NCBI RefSeq assembly: GCF_964213995.1
Contig: NW_027590192.1
Span: 1 to 64,000 of the forward strand
Length of the DNA stretch: 64,000 nucleotides
Reading direction: 5' to 3'
Source: Mustelus asterias
Lineage: Eukaryota
The notes beneath the pieces are model-generated. The model was not told the origin of the DNA and made no database searches. It was given only the letters and a program-made list of their open reading frames with translations. Of this stretch, positions 62,288 through 64,000 are shown piece after piece. The translations under genes and the position numbers were made by a program. Within the stretch, counting starts at the first letter, position 1. Every line of letters starts with the position of its first letter.

Positions 62288-62850
62288 ACTCACAGATGTT
62301 GGAGAGACAGAAGGAAGTTTAAGTCTGTCTGAAGCTCAATCTTAATTCAGAGAGAGAGCAGCAGCTTTGCTGGGCACGAGTGAGCAGCTGAACAAGCTCA
62401 TTGCCCACTTCCGCATTCAGACAATAGGGGAGCTCTGATTGGCTGGAGGACCCGAGCCCTTCCGGTCCTTCCACTCTTCCCATTGGCCAATACCTCAGCA
62501 TGAAGGTCAAAGGTGGGCACTCCCTCGCACATGCGCAGAGTCCCTTCTCCCTTGGACATGCGCAGTCCTAGGCCAGGGGTGGAGGGGGGAGATCACCGAG
62601 CGGCTTCTCGCTCTGGCCGGAGCCGTCAGCCGGTTGCCTGGAAACCTTGGCTCGAGGAGGTGCAGGGGGAGGGGAACAATGGTGGGGGCGGGGCTCCCGG
62701 GTCCGCGCGCCCGGGCCTGCACACTGGAACCCGGAGACGTCACCGCGTAGAATTCTGATTCCTATTGGCTGATTCAGGCAGCGCTCCGTTGTGACGTCAC
62801 AATGTGGACGGTAGCCAATGAGCTTCAGAGCGAAACTCCCTCCTCTGTCC
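62288..62850. promoter_or_regulatory. bidirectional ZNF promoter, homologue of 15075-15560
   Basis: CATGCGCA x2, CCAAT boxes, TTGTGACGTCACAA 62789-62802, CACTTCCG. Confidence 0.8.
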
Positions 62851-62852
62851 AT

Positions 62853-63021
62853 CCTCTACCGCGGCTCCGTTCGCGGCCGGGTGTCCCTGGAGAGGGAGCA
62901 TGCGGTGTCCACGGGCGAGGTTGACGCCTTCCGCGCCCGCTGGGCACCGCAGGGGTCGGGGTGCGTTATCGACCCGAATAATCACATTTTAATTTGATGT
63001 TTTTAAGTTTCCTTTGCACTT
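62853..63021 (+). mobile_element. Tx1-like LINE 3' fragment
   Basis: Closely matches the reverse complement of ~41730-41895 (VSLEREHAVSTGEVDAFRARWAPQG). Confidence 0.9.
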
Positions 63022-64000
63022 TGTACCATGCCTCGGGACATCCTTTCTTGCAGCGTATCAGGTAGACAACGTTGGCCGAATTGCAAGAGTATGTACCGTG
63101 TACCTGGAGGATGGTGTTCTCACGTGAGATGATGGCATCTGTGTCGATGATCCGGCACGTCTTGCAGAGATTGCTGTGGCAGGGTTGTGTGGTGTCGTGG
63201 TCACTGTTCTCCTGAAGGCTGGGTAGTTTGCTGCGGACAATGGTCTGTTTGAGGTTGTGCGGTTGTTTGAAGGCAAGAAGTGGGGGTGTGGGGATGGCCT
63301 TGGCGAGATGTTCGTCTTCATCAATGACATGTTGAAGGCTCCGGAGGAGATGCCGTAGCTTCTCCGCTCCGGGGAAGTACTGGACAACGAAGGGTACTCT
63401 GTCCACTGTGTCCTGTGTTTGTCTTCTGAGGAGGTCGGTGTGGTTTTTCGCTGTGGCGCGTTGGAACTGTTGATCAATGAGTCGAGCGCCATATCCTGTT
63501 CTTATGAGGGCATCTTTCAGCGTCTGGAGGTGTCTGTTGCGATCCTCCTCATCCGAGCAGATCCTGTGTATACGGAGGGCTTGTCCCGAGGCATGGTACA
63601 TTGGGGAAACTATGCAGACGCTGCGACAACGGATGAATGAACACCGCTCGACAATCACCAGGCAAGACTGTTCTCTTCCTGTTGGGGAGCACTTCAGCGG
63701 TCACGGGCATTCGGCCTCTGATATTCGGGTAAGCGTTCTCCAAGGCGGCCTTCGCGACACACGACAGCGCAGAGTCGCTGAGCAGAAACTGATAGCCAAG
63801 TTCCGCACACACGAGGACGGCCTCAACCGGGATATTGGGTTCATGTCACACTATTTGTAACTCCCACAGTTGTGTGGACCTGCAGAGTTTCACTGGCTGT
63901 CTTGTCTGGAGACAATACACATCTTTTTAGCCTGTCTTGATGCTCTCTCCACTCACATTGTTTTGTTTCTTAAAGACTTGATTAGTGTCTTTATAAGCTC
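63022..64000. mobile_element. Penelope-like element with inverted 5' part (- 63022-63583; + 63582-64000)
   Basis: Minus: GQALRIHRICSDEE...CNSANVVYLIRCKKGCPEAWY; plus: CPEAWYIGETMQTLRQRMNEH...GLNRD (GIY-YIG). Confidence 0.9.

Larger units (their letters stand above)
50750..62360. repeat. segmental duplication block B
   Basis: Collinear with block A (25170-41620). Confidence 0.9.

Overview
Vertebrate genomic DNA, most likely elasmobranch (shark), inferred from HE1-like and SacSINE1-like SINEs, HER1/CR1 LINEs and Penelope elements. The window is a cluster of nine C2H2 zinc-finger (ZNF) genes or pseudogenes with no recognisable KRAB/SCAN/BTB effector domain. Several sit head-to-head around CpG-rich, quasi-palindromic bidirectional promoters, and much of the cluster is segmentally duplicated (~25.2-41.6 kb vs ~50.8-62.4 kb). 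Much of the remainder is transposon-derived: one full-length CR1 LINE with TSD, many CR1 fragments, SINEs, solo LTRs, two Tx1-like pieces and Penelope elements. Most notable: (i) a 91-nt block identical in five ZNF leaders, carrying a strong-Kozak uORF and a TGATTGACAG site; (ii) ZNF start codons created inside a finger linker, with fossil fingers upstream; (iii) a UUUAAAC -1 slippery site at the CR1 ORF1/ORF2 junction; (iv) minimal hammerhead ribozymes in Penelope-derived sequences; (v) a GGAGGACC/GGTCCTCC dyad shared by the ZNF promoters; (vi) Tx1 insertions in ZNF first exons; (vii) a duplicated, decayed TATA-to-AATAAA unit with weak CNTF-like resemblance. Coordinates were read by eye and repeat boundaries are approximate.
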